Assembly (NCBI GenBank): GCA_963760725.1
Contig: CAVXET010000039.1
Coordinates: 63,497 to 127,496, forward strand
Length of the DNA stretch: 64,000 nt
Source of the DNA: an uncultured Gammaproteobacteria bacterium
GTDB taxonomy: Bacteria; Pseudomonadota; Gammaproteobacteria; Steroidobacterales; Steroidobacteraceae
Direction of reading: 5' to 3'
How positions within the stretch are numbered: the stretch's first letter is position 1; every line of letters starts with the position of its first letter. A program made the position numbers and the translations under genes. This document shows positions 32,098 through 41,395 of this stretch, piece after piece. The notes beneath the pieces were generated by a model that was not told the DNA's origin, ran no database searches, and saw only the letters and a list, made by a program, of their open reading frames with translations.

Positions 32098-33585
32098 ATG
32101 ATCGCGGGGACGCCGCCCAAGCCGATCGCGCCCGTCGGTCGCCTGCCCTTCGCGTTCGCGAAGCGGCACGGCGTGCTGGTGCGCGGCGTGGCCGACGGCA
32201 AGGCCCAGGTCGTCTACCGCGAGGGCGCGCAGCCCTCGGCCGTCGCGGAGCTGCGCCGTTTCCTCGGCATCCCGCTGGTGATCGAGCGCGTTGCGGAACC
32301 CGCGTTCGACGAGCTGCTGCGCAAGGCCTACGAGGGCGGCAGCGGAGAAGCCGGTCAGATCGTCGAGGGCATCGAGGGCGAGACCGACCTCGCCGGCCTC
32401 GCCGAGGGCCTGCCGGAGCCGTCCGACCTCATGGAGAGCGAGGACGACGCCCCGGTCATCCGCCTGATCAACGCCGTGCTGTCGCAGGCGATCAAGGAAA
32501 ATGCCTCCGACATCCACGTCGAGCCCTACGAGAACCGGCTGGTCGTGCGGTTCCGCGTGGACGGCGTGTTGCGCGAGGTGCTGCAGACCAAGCGCGCCGT
32601 TGCGCCGCTCCTGATTTCGCGCATCAAGGTCATGTCGCGCCTCGACATCGCCGAGAAGCGACTGCCCCAGGACGGCCGCATCAGCCTGCGCATCGCCGGG
32701 CGCGCGGTGGACGTGCGCGTGTCCACGCTGCCCTCCGGCCACGGCGAGCGGGTCGTGCTGCGCCTGCTCGACAAGCAGGCAGGCCGACTCGACCTGTCCT
32801 CGCTCGGCATGGAACCGCGCGTGCAGGGCATGATCGACGAGCAGATCCACAAGCCGCACGGGATCATCCTCGTCACCGGCCCGACCGGCTCCGGCAAGAC
32901 CACGACGCTCTACGCCGCGCTCGAGCGAATCAACGACCGCACGCGCAACATCATGACGGTCGAAGACCCGATCGAGTACTACATCGACGGCATCGGCCAG
33001 ACCCAGGTCAACACCAAGGTCGAGATGACCTTTGCGCGCGGCCTGCGCGCCATCCTGCGCCAGGACCCGGACGTGGTGATGGTCGGCGAAATCCGCGACA
33101 CGGAAACCGCGCAGATCGCGGTCCAGGCCTCGCTGACCGGCCACCTCGTGCTGTCGACGCTGCACACGAACACCGCGGTCGGCGCCGTCACCCGCCTGCG
33201 CGACATGGGCGTCGAGCCCTTCCTGCTCGCCTCGACGCTGCTCGGCGTCGTCGCGCAGCGCCTGGTGCGCGTGCTGAACCCGGACACCCGCATCGGCTAT
33301 CCGGCCGGCGACTACGAGGCGAAGCTGCTCAACGTACCGCTCGGGACGACGCTGTACCGCCCCGGGGCGGACGCCGGCAACGGCTACCGCGGCCGCACCG
33401 GCATCTACGAGCTCGCGATCATCAACGACCGCATGCGCGTGATGATCCACGACGGCGCCGGCGAGCACGAGCTCGAGCGCGCGGCGCGCGAGGTCACGCC
33501 CGGCATCCGTGACGACGGACGCACCAAGGTGCTCTCGGGTGTCACCTCCCTCGAGGAGCTGTTCCGCGTCGCCCGAGAGGAATGA
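32098..33585 (+). CDS. gspE: Type II secretion system ATPase GspE
   Basis: PVIRLINAVLSQAIKENASDIHVEP, LVTGPTGSGKTTTLYAAL (Walker A), VMVGEIRDTETAQIAVQASLTGHLVLSTLHTN (Walker B/His box) and YRGRTGIYEL. Confidence 0.95.
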   Translation: MIAGTPPKPIAPVGRLPFAFAKRHGVLVRGVADGKAQVVYREGAQPSAVAELRRFLGIPLVIERVAEPAFDELLRKAYEGGSGEAGQIVEGIEGETDLAGLAEGLPEPSDLMESEDDAPVIRLINAVLSQAIKENASDIHVEPYENRLVVRFRVDGVLREVLQTKRAVAPLLISRIKVMSRLDIAEKRLPQDGRISLRIAGRAVDVRVSTLPSGHGERVVLRLLDKQAGRLDLSSLGMEPRVQGMIDEQIHKPHGIILVTGPTGSGKTTTLYAALERINDRTRNIMTVEDPIEYYIDGIGQTQVNTKVEMTFARGLRAILRQDPDVVMVGEIRDTETAQIAVQASLTGHLVLSTLHTNTAVGAVTRLRDMGVEPFLLASTLLGVVAQRLVRVLNPDTRIGYPAGDYEAKLLNVPLGTTLYRPGADAGNGYRGRTGIYELAIINDRMRVMIHDGAGEHELERAAREVTPGIRDDGRTKVLSGVTSLEELFRVAREE

Positions 33586-34799
33586 TGGCGGCCTACGAGT
33601 ACACGGCGCTGGATGCCCAGGGCCGCGAGTTGCGCGGCGTGATGGACGGCGACAGCGCCCGTCTGGTCCGCCAGCTGTTGCGCGACCAGTCGCTGCTGCC
33701 GGTGACGGTCACGGAAGTGAGCGATGCGCCGGCGCCCAGGACACTCTCGTTTTCCTTCGGCAACAGCATCGGGACTTCCGACCTCGCACTGCTGACGCGC
33801 CAGCTCTCGACCCTCGTCCGCTCCGGCATCCCGCTCGAGGAAGCCCTGCTCGCGGTTTCGCAGCAGAGCGAAAAGGTCCGCGTGCGCAGCGTCATCGCGG
33901 GCGTGCGCTCGCGGGTGATGGAAGGGCGCACCCTGGCCGAGGGCCTCGCCGCCTTTCCCACCGTGTTCCCGGAGATCTACCGGGCAACCGTTTCGGCCGG
34001 CGAGCAGTCCGGGCACCTCGACGCCGTGCTCGAGCGCATGGCGGACTACACGGAGAACCGCCAGATCCTGCAGCAGAAGATCCGCAACGCCATGATCTAT
34101 CCGGTGCTGCTGACCGTTGTCTGCCTCGGCATCGTGGCGCTCCTGCTCGCCTACGTGGTGCCGGAGGTCGTGCGCGTGTTCGAGGCCGGCGACCAGGTGC
34201 TGCCGCTCATGACCCGGGTCCTGATCGCGATGTCCGATTTCCTGCGTGCCTGGTGGTGGCTCCTGATCATCGTCGCCGTGGCGGCGGCCTGGGGCTTCCG
34301 CCGCTGGGTGCGCAATCCCGCCGCACGGCTGCGGTACGACGCCTTCAAGCTGCGGCTGCCACTGGTCGGCCGCATCACCCGCGGCAACAATGCGGCGCGC
34401 TTCGCCCGCACTTTCTCGATCCTGGCCGCAAGCGCCGTGCCGGTCCTCGAGGCGCTGCGCATTGCGGCGGAGGTCGTCACCAACACCACGATGCGCCGCG
34501 CCGTGCAGGACGCAGCCGTACGCGTGCGCGAGGGCGCACCCATCGCGCGCTCCCTGGGCGCGAGCAAGCTGTTTCCGCCGATGCTGGTCCACCTGATCGC
34601 GAGCGGCGAGACCAGCGGCGAGCTCGAATCGATGCTCGAGCGCGCCGCCGACAACCAGGAACGGGAGCTCGACGGCGTGGTCAATACGGCAGTGGGCATC
34701 CTGGGGCCGGTGATGATCCTGCTGATGGGCGGCTTCGTTTTCGTGATCGTCATCGCGCTCTTGCTGCCAATCTTCCAGCTTAATCAGCTGGTGCGCTGA
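33582..34799 (+). CDS. gspF: Type II secretion system inner-membrane platform protein GspF
   Basis: MAAYEYTALDAQGRELRGVMDGDSARLVRQLLRDQSLLP, duplicated T2SS-F domains (LTRQLSTLVRSGIPLEEAL; FARTFSILAASAVPVLEALRIA) and a C-terminal TM segment GPVMILLMGGFVFVIVIALLLPIFQLNQLV. The ATGA overlaps the gspE stop. Confidence 0.94.
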   Translation: MMAAYEYTALDAQGRELRGVMDGDSARLVRQLLRDQSLLPVTVTEVSDAPAPRTLSFSFGNSIGTSDLALLTRQLSTLVRSGIPLEEALLAVSQQSEKVRVRSVIAGVRSRVMEGRTLAEGLAAFPTVFPEIYRATVSAGEQSGHLDAVLERMADYTENRQILQQKIRNAMIYPVLLTVVCLGIVALLLAYVVPEVVRVFEAGDQVLPLMTRVLIAMSDFLRAWWWLLIIVAVAAAWGFRRWVRNPAARLRYDAFKLRLPLVGRITRGNNAARFARTFSILAASAVPVLEALRIAAEVVTNTTMRRAVQDAAVRVREGAPIARSLGASKLFPPMLVHLIASGETSGELESMLERAADNQERELDGVVNTAVGILGPVMILLMGGFVFVIVIALLLPIFQLNQLVR

Positions 34800-34810
34800 G
34801 ACCCCTTGCG

Positions 34811-34825
34811 GCCGGGGGCCCCGGC
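34811..34825 (+). terminator. Short GC palindrome after gspF (weak terminator candidate)
   Basis: GCCGGGGGCCCCGGC followed by GCTTTATAA. Read directly; the stem is short and the U-tract is weak. Confidence 0.3.
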
Positions 34826-34864
34826 GCTTTATAAGTCGGCCCGCAGTGACCTCGGACTGGTCGC

Positions 34865-35149
34865 ATGAGCGAAAAGCCGAAAGAAGAATTCGAAGACGAA
34901 GAGCCGGACGAACTCGAGGAAGCCGCCGAGGACCTCGATGTCGACCGGTTGATGCGGGATTTCGACACCCGCAAGCGTCGCGGTGCCCGTGCCGTGGCCG
35001 CGGAACCCGCCTGGCGCAAGCTCGAGCGCATTCGCGAGGAAAAGCGCACGGCGGGCCTGCTGTCCGACTTCGAGGACTACGACGTCGACGAGACGGGCTC
35101 CGGGTCCGGGAAGAAGCCGCGCCGCGTCCCGGTCCCCCGCCGGCGCTAG
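34865..35149 (+). CDS. Small highly charged hypothetical protein (acidic N-terminal half, basic tail)
   Basis: MSEKPKEEFEDEEPDELEEAAEDLDVDRLMRDFDTRKRRGARAVAAEPAWRKLERIREEKRTAGLLSDFEDYDVDETGSGSGKKPRRVPVPRRR. GC3-rich codons support coding. The stop overlaps the convergent dnaE2 stop region by 4 nt. Confidence 0.55.
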   Translation: MSEKPKEEFEDEEPDELEEAAEDLDVDRLMRDFDTRKRRGARAVAAEPAWRKLERIREEKRTAGLLSDFEDYDVDETGSGSGKKPRRVPVPRRR

Positions 35150-38100
35150 CGGAAGCTCCTCGCCTTCGTCATCAGGCTCCCCAGCAGCGCCGAGCGGTCC
35201 TCGAGCGTGTCGACCACGACGTGCCGGACCTCGCCCTCGCGTTGCAGCCGCCCACGGACCCCGAGCAACCGGGCGCCCAGCATCGCCTTGCGGTGTGCGT
35301 CCGCGATGCGGCTCCACACCACCAGGTTCACGTAGCCCGTCTCGTCCTCGAGCGTCACGAAGATGACCCCGCCGGCGCTACCCGGTCGCTGGCGCGTGAC
35401 GACGATCCCGCCGGTGGCGAGGGGCGCACCATCGGCGAGGTCCGCCACCTCGGCGGCCGTCAGCCAGCCGTCCTGCTCGAGCTGCGGGCGCAGGAGCGCG
35501 AGCGGGTGCCGCGCCAGCGTGAGCCCGAGCGCACGGTAGTCGGCGACGATGTCCTCGCCCTCGGTCGGTGACCGGAGCAGCGGCAGGCCCTCCTCGCGCT
35601 CCGCGGCTGGCAGGAGCGGCAGCGCCGGCTCGATCCCCAGCACGTCCCAGGCCGCCCGATGCCGGTGCCCGGCAATGCCGGCCAGGGCGCCCGCCGCGGC
35701 GAGCGCCCCGAGGTCGCGCCGGCCGAGGCCGGCCCGGCGCGCCAGCTCGGAAACCCGCGCGAACGGGCCATCGGCGCGGGCGGCGACGATGCGCCCGGCC
35801 GCCTCGCGCGCGAGCCCCCGCACGCGGTCGAGGCCGAGGCGCAGCGCCTGCGTACCGCCCTCCGCCGACTCGAGCGTCGATTCCACGGCGCTCTCGTTGA
35901 CGCCGGCGGGCCGCACGGAGACGCCGTGCGTACGTGCATCGCGCACCAGCTGCGCCGGCGCGTAGAAGCCCATGGGCTGGCTGTTGAGGAGCGCGCAGCA
36001 GAAAGCGGCGGGCTCGTGCCGCTTGAGCCAGGCCGAGACATAGACCAGCAGCGCGAAGCTCGCGGCGTGAGCTTCAGGAAATCCGTAGTCGCCGAAACCG
36101 AGGATCTGCTGGAAAACCTGCCGCGCGAAGCCCTCGTCGTAACCGCGCGCGCGCATGCCTTCGACGAGGCGCTGCTCGAACGGGCCGAGGCCTCCCTTTC
36201 GCTTCCAGGCCGCCATCGCGCGGCGCAGGCTGTCGGCCTCGCCGGGCGTGAAACCCGCGGCCACGATCGCGAGCTGCATCACCTGCTCCTGGAAGATCGG
36301 CACCCCGAGCGTGCGCGAGAGCACGCCCTCCACCTCCGGGCCCGGGTAGTGGACCGGCTCCTGGCCGCTCCGCCGGCGCAGGTACGGATGCACCATCTGG
36401 CCCTGGATCGGGCCGGGACGGACGATCGCGACCTCGATGGCGAGGTCGTAATAGCACTTTGGCCTGAGCCGCGGCAGCATCGCCATCTGCGCGCGCGACT
36501 CGATCTGGAACACGCCGACCGTGTCGGCGCGGCAGATCATCTCGTAGACGTCGGGGTCCTCGGCCGGGATGTCCGCCAGCCGGAATTCCGCCCCCCGGCG
36601 CGCGGTGACCAGCGCGAGCGCACGGCGGATCGCCGTCAGCATGCCGAGCCCCAGCACGTCCACCTTGAGCAGCCGGAGTTCGTCGAGGTCGTCCTTGTCC
36701 CACTGGATCACGGTGCGCTCGGGCATCGCCGCGTTCTCGATGGGCACGAGCTCTTCGAGCGGCCCGCGCGAGATCACGAAGCCGCCCGTGTGCTGCGACA
36801 GGTGGCGCGGGAAGCCGATCAGCTCGCGCGTCAGCGCGAGCACCCGCGCGATGGCCGGGTTCGCCGTGTCGAAGCCCGCGTCATGGATGCGCGAGTCCTC
36901 GACTTCGCGGCCGTCCCACCACTGCATCGCGCGCGCGAGGCGCTCGACCTGCGACGGATCGAGGCCGAGGGCCTTGCCGACGTCGCGCACCGCGCTCTTC
37001 GGCCGGTAGCAGATCACCGTCGCGGTGAGCGCGGCGCGGGCGCGGCCGTACTTCGCGTAGAGAAACTGGATCACTTCCTCGCGCCGCTCGTGCTCGAAGT
37101 CCACGTCGATGTCGGGGGGCTCGTTGCGCTCGCGCGAGATGAAGCGCTCGAACAGCATCGACATGCGCGCCGGGTCGACCTCGGTGATGCCGAGCGCATA
37201 GCAGGCGGCCGAGTTCGCCGCCGAGCCGCGCCCCTGGCACAGGATGCCGCGACCGCGCGCGAACTCGACGAGGTCGTGCACGGTCAGGAAATAGCGCTCG
37301 TAGCCGAGCTCCGCGATCAACCCGAGCTCACGCTCGATGAGCTGCCGCACCGCCGTCGGCATCCCCGCAGGCCAGCGCCGCACCGCGCCCGCCTCCACCA
37401 GGCGGCGCAGCTGCGCCGCCGGCGTCGTGCCCGCCGGCACGATCTCCTCCGGATACTCGTAGCGCAGTTCGTCGAGCGAGAACGCGGCAGCGCCCGGCAA
37501 TGTCCCGCGTCGCCTCGACGAGCGCGCGCGGGTACAGCGATTCGATGCGGCCGAGCGGGCGCAGCGCGCGCTCCCCGTTCGGATGAAGCGCACGGCCGGC
37601 ATGCGCGACCGTCGTCTTCAGGCGCACCGCGGTCAAGAGGTCCTGGAGCGCCCGGCGGCGGCGCTGGTGCATGTGCACGTCGCCCGCCGCGACTGCCGGA
37701 AGCGAGAGTTCGCCCGCGAGCGTGCCCAGCCGCTCGAGCCGTTCCCGGTCGGTGCCCGAGGCCGTGAGCTCCACCGCGACCCAGAGCCGCCCCTCGAAGC
37801 GCGCCCGCAGCCAGGCTCCCTCGTCGCGTGCGGGCTCGGCGCCCGGGAGCCACAGCGCGAGGCAGTCCGGCAGCCCCGCGTCGAGGTCGTCCCGCGTGAG
37901 CCGGTACTGGCCTTTCGCGGCCGCGCGCCGGCCCCGCGTGACGAGGCGCGCGAGCGCGCCGTATCCGCCGCGGTTCTGTGCGAGCGCGACGAAGCGCAGG
38001 CCGTCCGCGAGCCGGAACTCGCTGCCGACGATGAGCGGCAGGCCCGCCTCGCGCGCGGCGGCATGGGCGCGCACGACGCCCGCGAGCGAGCACTCGTCGG

Positions 38101-38215
38101 TCAGCGCGAGCGCCGCGTAGCCGAGCGCCTTCGCACGCTCGACGAGTTCCGCCGGATGCGACGCGCCCCGCAGGAACGTGAAATTGCTGATGCAGTGCAA
38201 TTCCGCATACGACAT
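35146..38215 (-). pseudogene. dnaE2: Error-prone DNA polymerase DnaE2 (ImuC); 1 frame break
   Basis: ORF 37328-38215 starts MSYAELHCISNFTFLRGASHPAELVERAKALGYAALALTDECSLAGVVRAH (PHP domain). ORF 35146-37602 continues with YPEEIVPAG...LIAELGYERYFLTVHDLVEFARGRGILCQGRGSAANSAACYALGITEVDP...PPDIDVDFEHERREEVIQFLYAKYG...GFVISRGPL...AIVRPGPIQGQMVHPYLRRR. The frame change is near 37500. It lies downstream of imuA-imuB. Confidence 0.92.
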
Positions 38216-38261
38216 CGCGCTTCCATGGCGAAGTCACGCCCGCCGCGCGGGCGTTGCGCGG

Positions 38262-38314
38262 CCGGGACTCCGCTCGCTCGCGCCGGAACTTGATGCGCTC
38301 GCTCGCGGGTCCCG
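38262..38314. repeat. Palindromic repeat element, copy 1 (inverted orientation relative to copies 2 and 3)
   Basis: CCGGGACTCCGC-TCGCTCGCGCCGGAACTTGATGCGCTCGCTC-GCGGGTCCCG. The reverse complement of its loop, GAGCGAGCGCATCAAGTTCCGGCGCGAGCGA, differs at 2 of 31 positions from the copy-3 loop. Confidence 0.8.
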
Positions 38315-38372
38315 TCCGCACGCACCGCGCGGCGGACGCTGCCACCACCGGCCGCCCCGCGCGAGGTGGCGT

Positions 38373-38421
38373 GGGTGTCCCCGAGCGGAGCATAAAGTTC
38401 CGGCGAAGCGAGGGGACACCC
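38373..38421. repeat. Palindromic repeat element, copy 2
   Basis: GGGTGTCCCC-GAGCGGAGCATAAAGTTCCGGCGAAGCGA-GGGGACACCC has a perfect 10-bp stem. The stem sequence differs from copies 1 and 3, but the loop is clearly related (GAG.G.GC.....AAGTTCCGGCG....CGA). Confidence 0.75.
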
Positions 38422-38471
38422 CGCCGGATCCCGCGCGGGGCGGCTGAACTCGGCGACGTCTCACGAGCGTT

Positions 38472-40010
38472 TCATCCGAACACGCCGTGAAGGAACCAGC
38501 GCTGTCCCGGCGGGCGCTCGCGGAAGATCCAGAGGCGCACTCCGGCGCGGCTCTGCGCGACGTAGTAGTCGCGCCGGACGTCATGCCCGTCCCACCACCC
38601 TGACTCGATGCGCTCCGGACCGGTGATCAGCGTGCCCTCCCAGTCGTCGAGCGGCTGCGGCTCGGCCAGCATCCACAGCGGCCGCGTCGCGCGTGCAGCG
38701 GCGCTCCAGGGCATCGGCAGCGCGCCGGCAGCGCCCGGCTCCGCGATCCGGAAGGCGCGCTCGGGGCGATGCTCCGATACCGGCATCACGCCGAACACGG
38801 CCTCATGCCCGAGCCGCGCACGCAGCAGGTCGAGCAGACGTGCCGTCGCTTCCGGGTCCGCGCCCTGGCCGCGCTCGAACAGCCCCGCGTCGCGAAGCAC
38901 CAGCGGCGACAGCACGCCGGAGCGCAGCCTGAGTGCGACGACCGGCAGGTCGAGCCGGCAGCGCCCGAGCCGCTCGTCGAGCAGCTCGCCGAGCTCGGCC
39001 GCGCCGCCCGCGAGGCGCGCGAGCGCGATGCGAAGCCGCGTCGGCGCCGCGTCGCGATGCAGGAGGTCGACGCGCAGCTCGCGGATACCCGAGGCGCGGG
39101 CACGCAGGAACGCCGCGAGCTGCGCCAGCAGGTGCCCGAGCGCGGGTTGCAGCACGGCCACGGATTCCGCGGCGACGGGCAGTTCGAGCCGCTCGTCGAA
39201 GCGCTCCGGCACGAGATGGCGCCGGCGCGGCGCAGGACGGCGGCCGAGCCCCTCGTCGAGCTCGTCGAGCAGGTGCGGCCCGAAACGCGCGGCAAAGCCC
39301 GTCCGCGGCAGCCTGAGCAGGTCCGCGACGCTCGTGATGCCGAGCCCGGCGAGTGTCGCGACCGTATCTGCGGGCCACTGCAGGCAGGCGAGCGGCAGCC
39401 GCGATGCGATGCCGGGCAACGCATCGGTGCGGGTCACCGTCATCGCGAGCTCGGCGCGTGCCAGCCAGAGCGCGCCGCGCGCCGTCGGTGCGAGCGCGAG
39501 CGAGGCCGACAGGCCGCTCGCCGAGAGGCCCGCGAGCGCGCGCCGCAGCAGGGCCATGACGCCGCCGAAGAGGTCGAGGCTGCCGCGCACCTCGGCGAGC
39601 ACGGCGCCCGGCGGCTCGAGGCTGACGACCGGCGTGAACTGCAGGGCCCAGCGCCCGAGGCGGTCGAGCAGCGCGGTTTCCGCCGCCGGCCTCTGTTCCA
39701 GGGCGCGCAGCCCCGGCACGAGGGCGAGCGCGGCATTCAGGCCCATGCCGGGCGCAATGCCCTGGCGCGCCGCACGCTCGTTGCAGGCGATGACGGCACG
39801 GCGCGGATCGCCCGCCGCGGTGACCGCGGTCGCGTGCGCCTGCCCGGTGCCCAGCACCAGCGCATCGAGCGGCAGGCGGGGAAAGTGGGCGGCGAGCCAG
39901 AGCTCGCCGGCCGGGGCGGCCGGTTCCGTGCGCGGCGCGGGCACCGGCACGAGTGCGCGCCGACGACTGGCCGCTGCCGGCGCGATCGGTGCCGGACGTC
40001 CTTCGAGCAT
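38472..40010 (-). CDS. imuB: Y-family polymerase-like protein ImuB
   Basis: ELWLAAHFPRLPLDALV...VIACNERAARQGIAPGMGLNAALALVPGL...LDRLGRWALQFTPVVSLEPPGAVLAEVRGSLDLFGG... The intact 512-aa ORF lies between imuA and dnaE2. Confidence 0.88.
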   Translation of the reverse strand: MLEGRPAPIAPAAASRRRALVPVPAPRTEPAAPAGELWLAAHFPRLPLDALVLGTGQAHATAVTAAGDPRRAVIACNERAARQGIAPGMGLNAALALVPGLRALEQRPAAETALLDRLGRWALQFTPVVSLEPPGAVLAEVRGSLDLFGGVMALLRRALAGLSASGLSASLALAPTARGALWLARAELAMTVTRTDALPGIASRLPLACLQWPADTVATLAGLGITSVADLLRLPRTGFAARFGPHLLDELDEGLGRRPAPRRRHLVPERFDERLELPVAAESVAVLQPALGHLLAQLAAFLRARASGIRELRVDLLHRDAAPTRLRIALARLAGGAAELGELLDERLGRCRLDLPVVALRLRSGVLSPLVLRDAGLFERGQGADPEATARLLDLLRARLGHEAVFGVMPVSEHRPERAFRIAEPGAAGALPMPWSAAARATRPLWMLAEPQPLDDWEGTLITGPERIESGWWDGHDVRRDYYVAQSRAGVRLWIFRERPPGQRWFLHGVFG

Positions 40011-40019
40011 CCGGAGTTC

Positions 40020-40637
40020 TCAGTGGATGGGCAGGCGCTCGATGCGCGCAGGGCCGCATCGGCTTTTCACGACTTCGACGTCGAGGCCGTACTCGCGGGC
40101 CGTGAGCGCGAGCCGGAGTGCAGCCGGCGAAGCTTCGTGGCGATGCAGGGAGGGCCGCAGCAGGAACGCGGGCGTCCCGCCCTCTTCCGCGGCCAGCTTC
40201 AGCCGGCGCAACATCGGATCGCGGGCCTCGCCAGCCCAGCCGAGCACCGCGGCGCAGGCGCCGGACCGCAGGGCCTGCTCCATCGCCCAGAGCCGGTCGA
40301 GTCCCGCACGCGGACGCACCACGAGCATGCGCGCAGGATCGAGACCGGCTTCGGCGAGCGCGGGTGCGTACGGCAGGTGCGGTGGCGCGAGCCAGGCCAC
40401 CCAGCGCGGTTCCATGCCATCCGCCGTGAGGCTGCGCAGCGCCGGCAGCAGCAGGCGCACCTCGCCCACGCCTGCCGTGGGCACCAGGAGCTCGATCAGC
40501 GACGCAAGCGGCCAGCCGCCACCCGGCAGGCGTGCATCGAGGGCGCGAAAACCGGTCGGGACAGTCTCGGGTGCGCCTGCGTCGCCGCCGCGCCAGAGCG
40601 CGGGATGACGCAGGATCTCCGCGAGCGCATCGCTCAC
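40020..40637 (-). CDS. imuA: Translesion-synthesis associated protein ImuA (SulA/RecA-fold)
   Basis: The GTG start at 40637 overlaps the lexA TGA (CAGTGAGC). The sequence is [66 protein letters not shown]...[29 protein letters not shown]...[13 protein letters not shown], the typical ImuA pattern. Confidence 0.82.
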   Translation of the reverse strand: MSDALAEILRHPALWRGGDAGAPETVPTGFRALDARLPGGGWPLASLIELLVPTAGVGEVRLLLPALRSLTADGMEPRWVAWLAPPHLPYAPALAEAGLDPARMLVVRPRAGLDRLWAMEQALRSGACAAVLGWAGEARDPMLRRLKLAAEEGGTPAFLLRPSLHRHEASPAALRLALTAREYGLDVEVVKSRCGPARIERLPIH

Positions 40638-41257
40638 TGCATGACGTCCGCGCGGCTGCGCCGCAGCACGCCGACCACCACGCCCTCGATCGTCATCGAC
40701 TGCTTGCGCAGGTCCACGCGGATCGGCTCGAAATCCGGGTTCTCCGGCATGAGCCACACGACCGAACCGTCCTGCTTGTAACGCTTGACGGTCACCTCGT
40801 TCTCGAGGCGCGCGACGATGATCTGGCGGTTGCGTACGTCGGTCGAGCGGTGCACGGCGACGAGGTCGCCGTCCAGGATGCCGACGTCGCGCATGCTCAT
40901 GCCGCTGACGCGCAGCAGGTAGTGCGGGCGCGGGCTGAACAGCGCCGGGTCGACCTGGAAGCGGCCCTCGATGTGCTCTTCGGCGAGGATCGGACGGCCG
41001 GCGGCGACCCGGCCGATGAGGGGCAGCCCGAACTGCTCGCGCAGGGCATCCTTCAGCACGATGCCGCGCGCGCTGCCTGCGACCAGGTTGAGCACGCCCT
41101 TGCGCTGCAGGGCCCGCAAGTGTTCCTCGGCGGCATTGGCGGAGCGGAAGCCGAGGGCATGGGCGATCTCCGCACGGGTGGGCGGCAGGCCGTTCGCGGC
41201 GATTGCGTCCTGGATGAACTCGAGGATCTGGCGTTGGCGGGGCGTGAGGTCCGACAT
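40634..41257 (-). CDS. lexA: LexA repressor (first gene of the lexA-imuA-imuB-dnaE2 cassette)
   Basis: [55 protein letters not shown] (wHTH), the cleavage site VAAGRP, the catalytic Ser in RVSGMSMRD and the catalytic Lys in VTVKRY. The start is taken at an internal ATG of ORF 40634-41338. Confidence 0.93.
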   Translation of the reverse strand: MSDLTPRQRQILEFIQDAIAANGLPPTRAEIAHALGFRSANAAEEHLRALQRKGVLNLVAGSARGIVLKDALREQFGLPLIGRVAAGRPILAEEHIEGRFQVDPALFSPRPHYLLRVSGMSMRDVGILDGDLVAVHRSTDVRNRQIIVARLENEVTVKRYKQDGSVVWLMPENPDFEPIRVDLRKQSMTIEGVVVGVLRRSRADVMQ

Positions 41258-41283
41258 GGTCCACCTGTATGGATGATCAGGTG

Positions 41284-41299
41284 CTGTGATTATATACAG
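41284..41299. promoter_or_regulatory. LexA (SOS) box upstream of lexA
   Basis: CTGTGATTATATACAG fits CTGT-N8-ACAG and lies 27-42 nt upstream of the lexA ATG. Confidence 0.85.
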
Positions 41300-41395
41300 G
41301 CAGATCGTTTCCCTGGCAAGCACTCGCTTCAAGACCATTCACGATCGCGCGGCCACATGGGGTGGTCGTCGATACCGGGCACCCAGACAAGCGCG

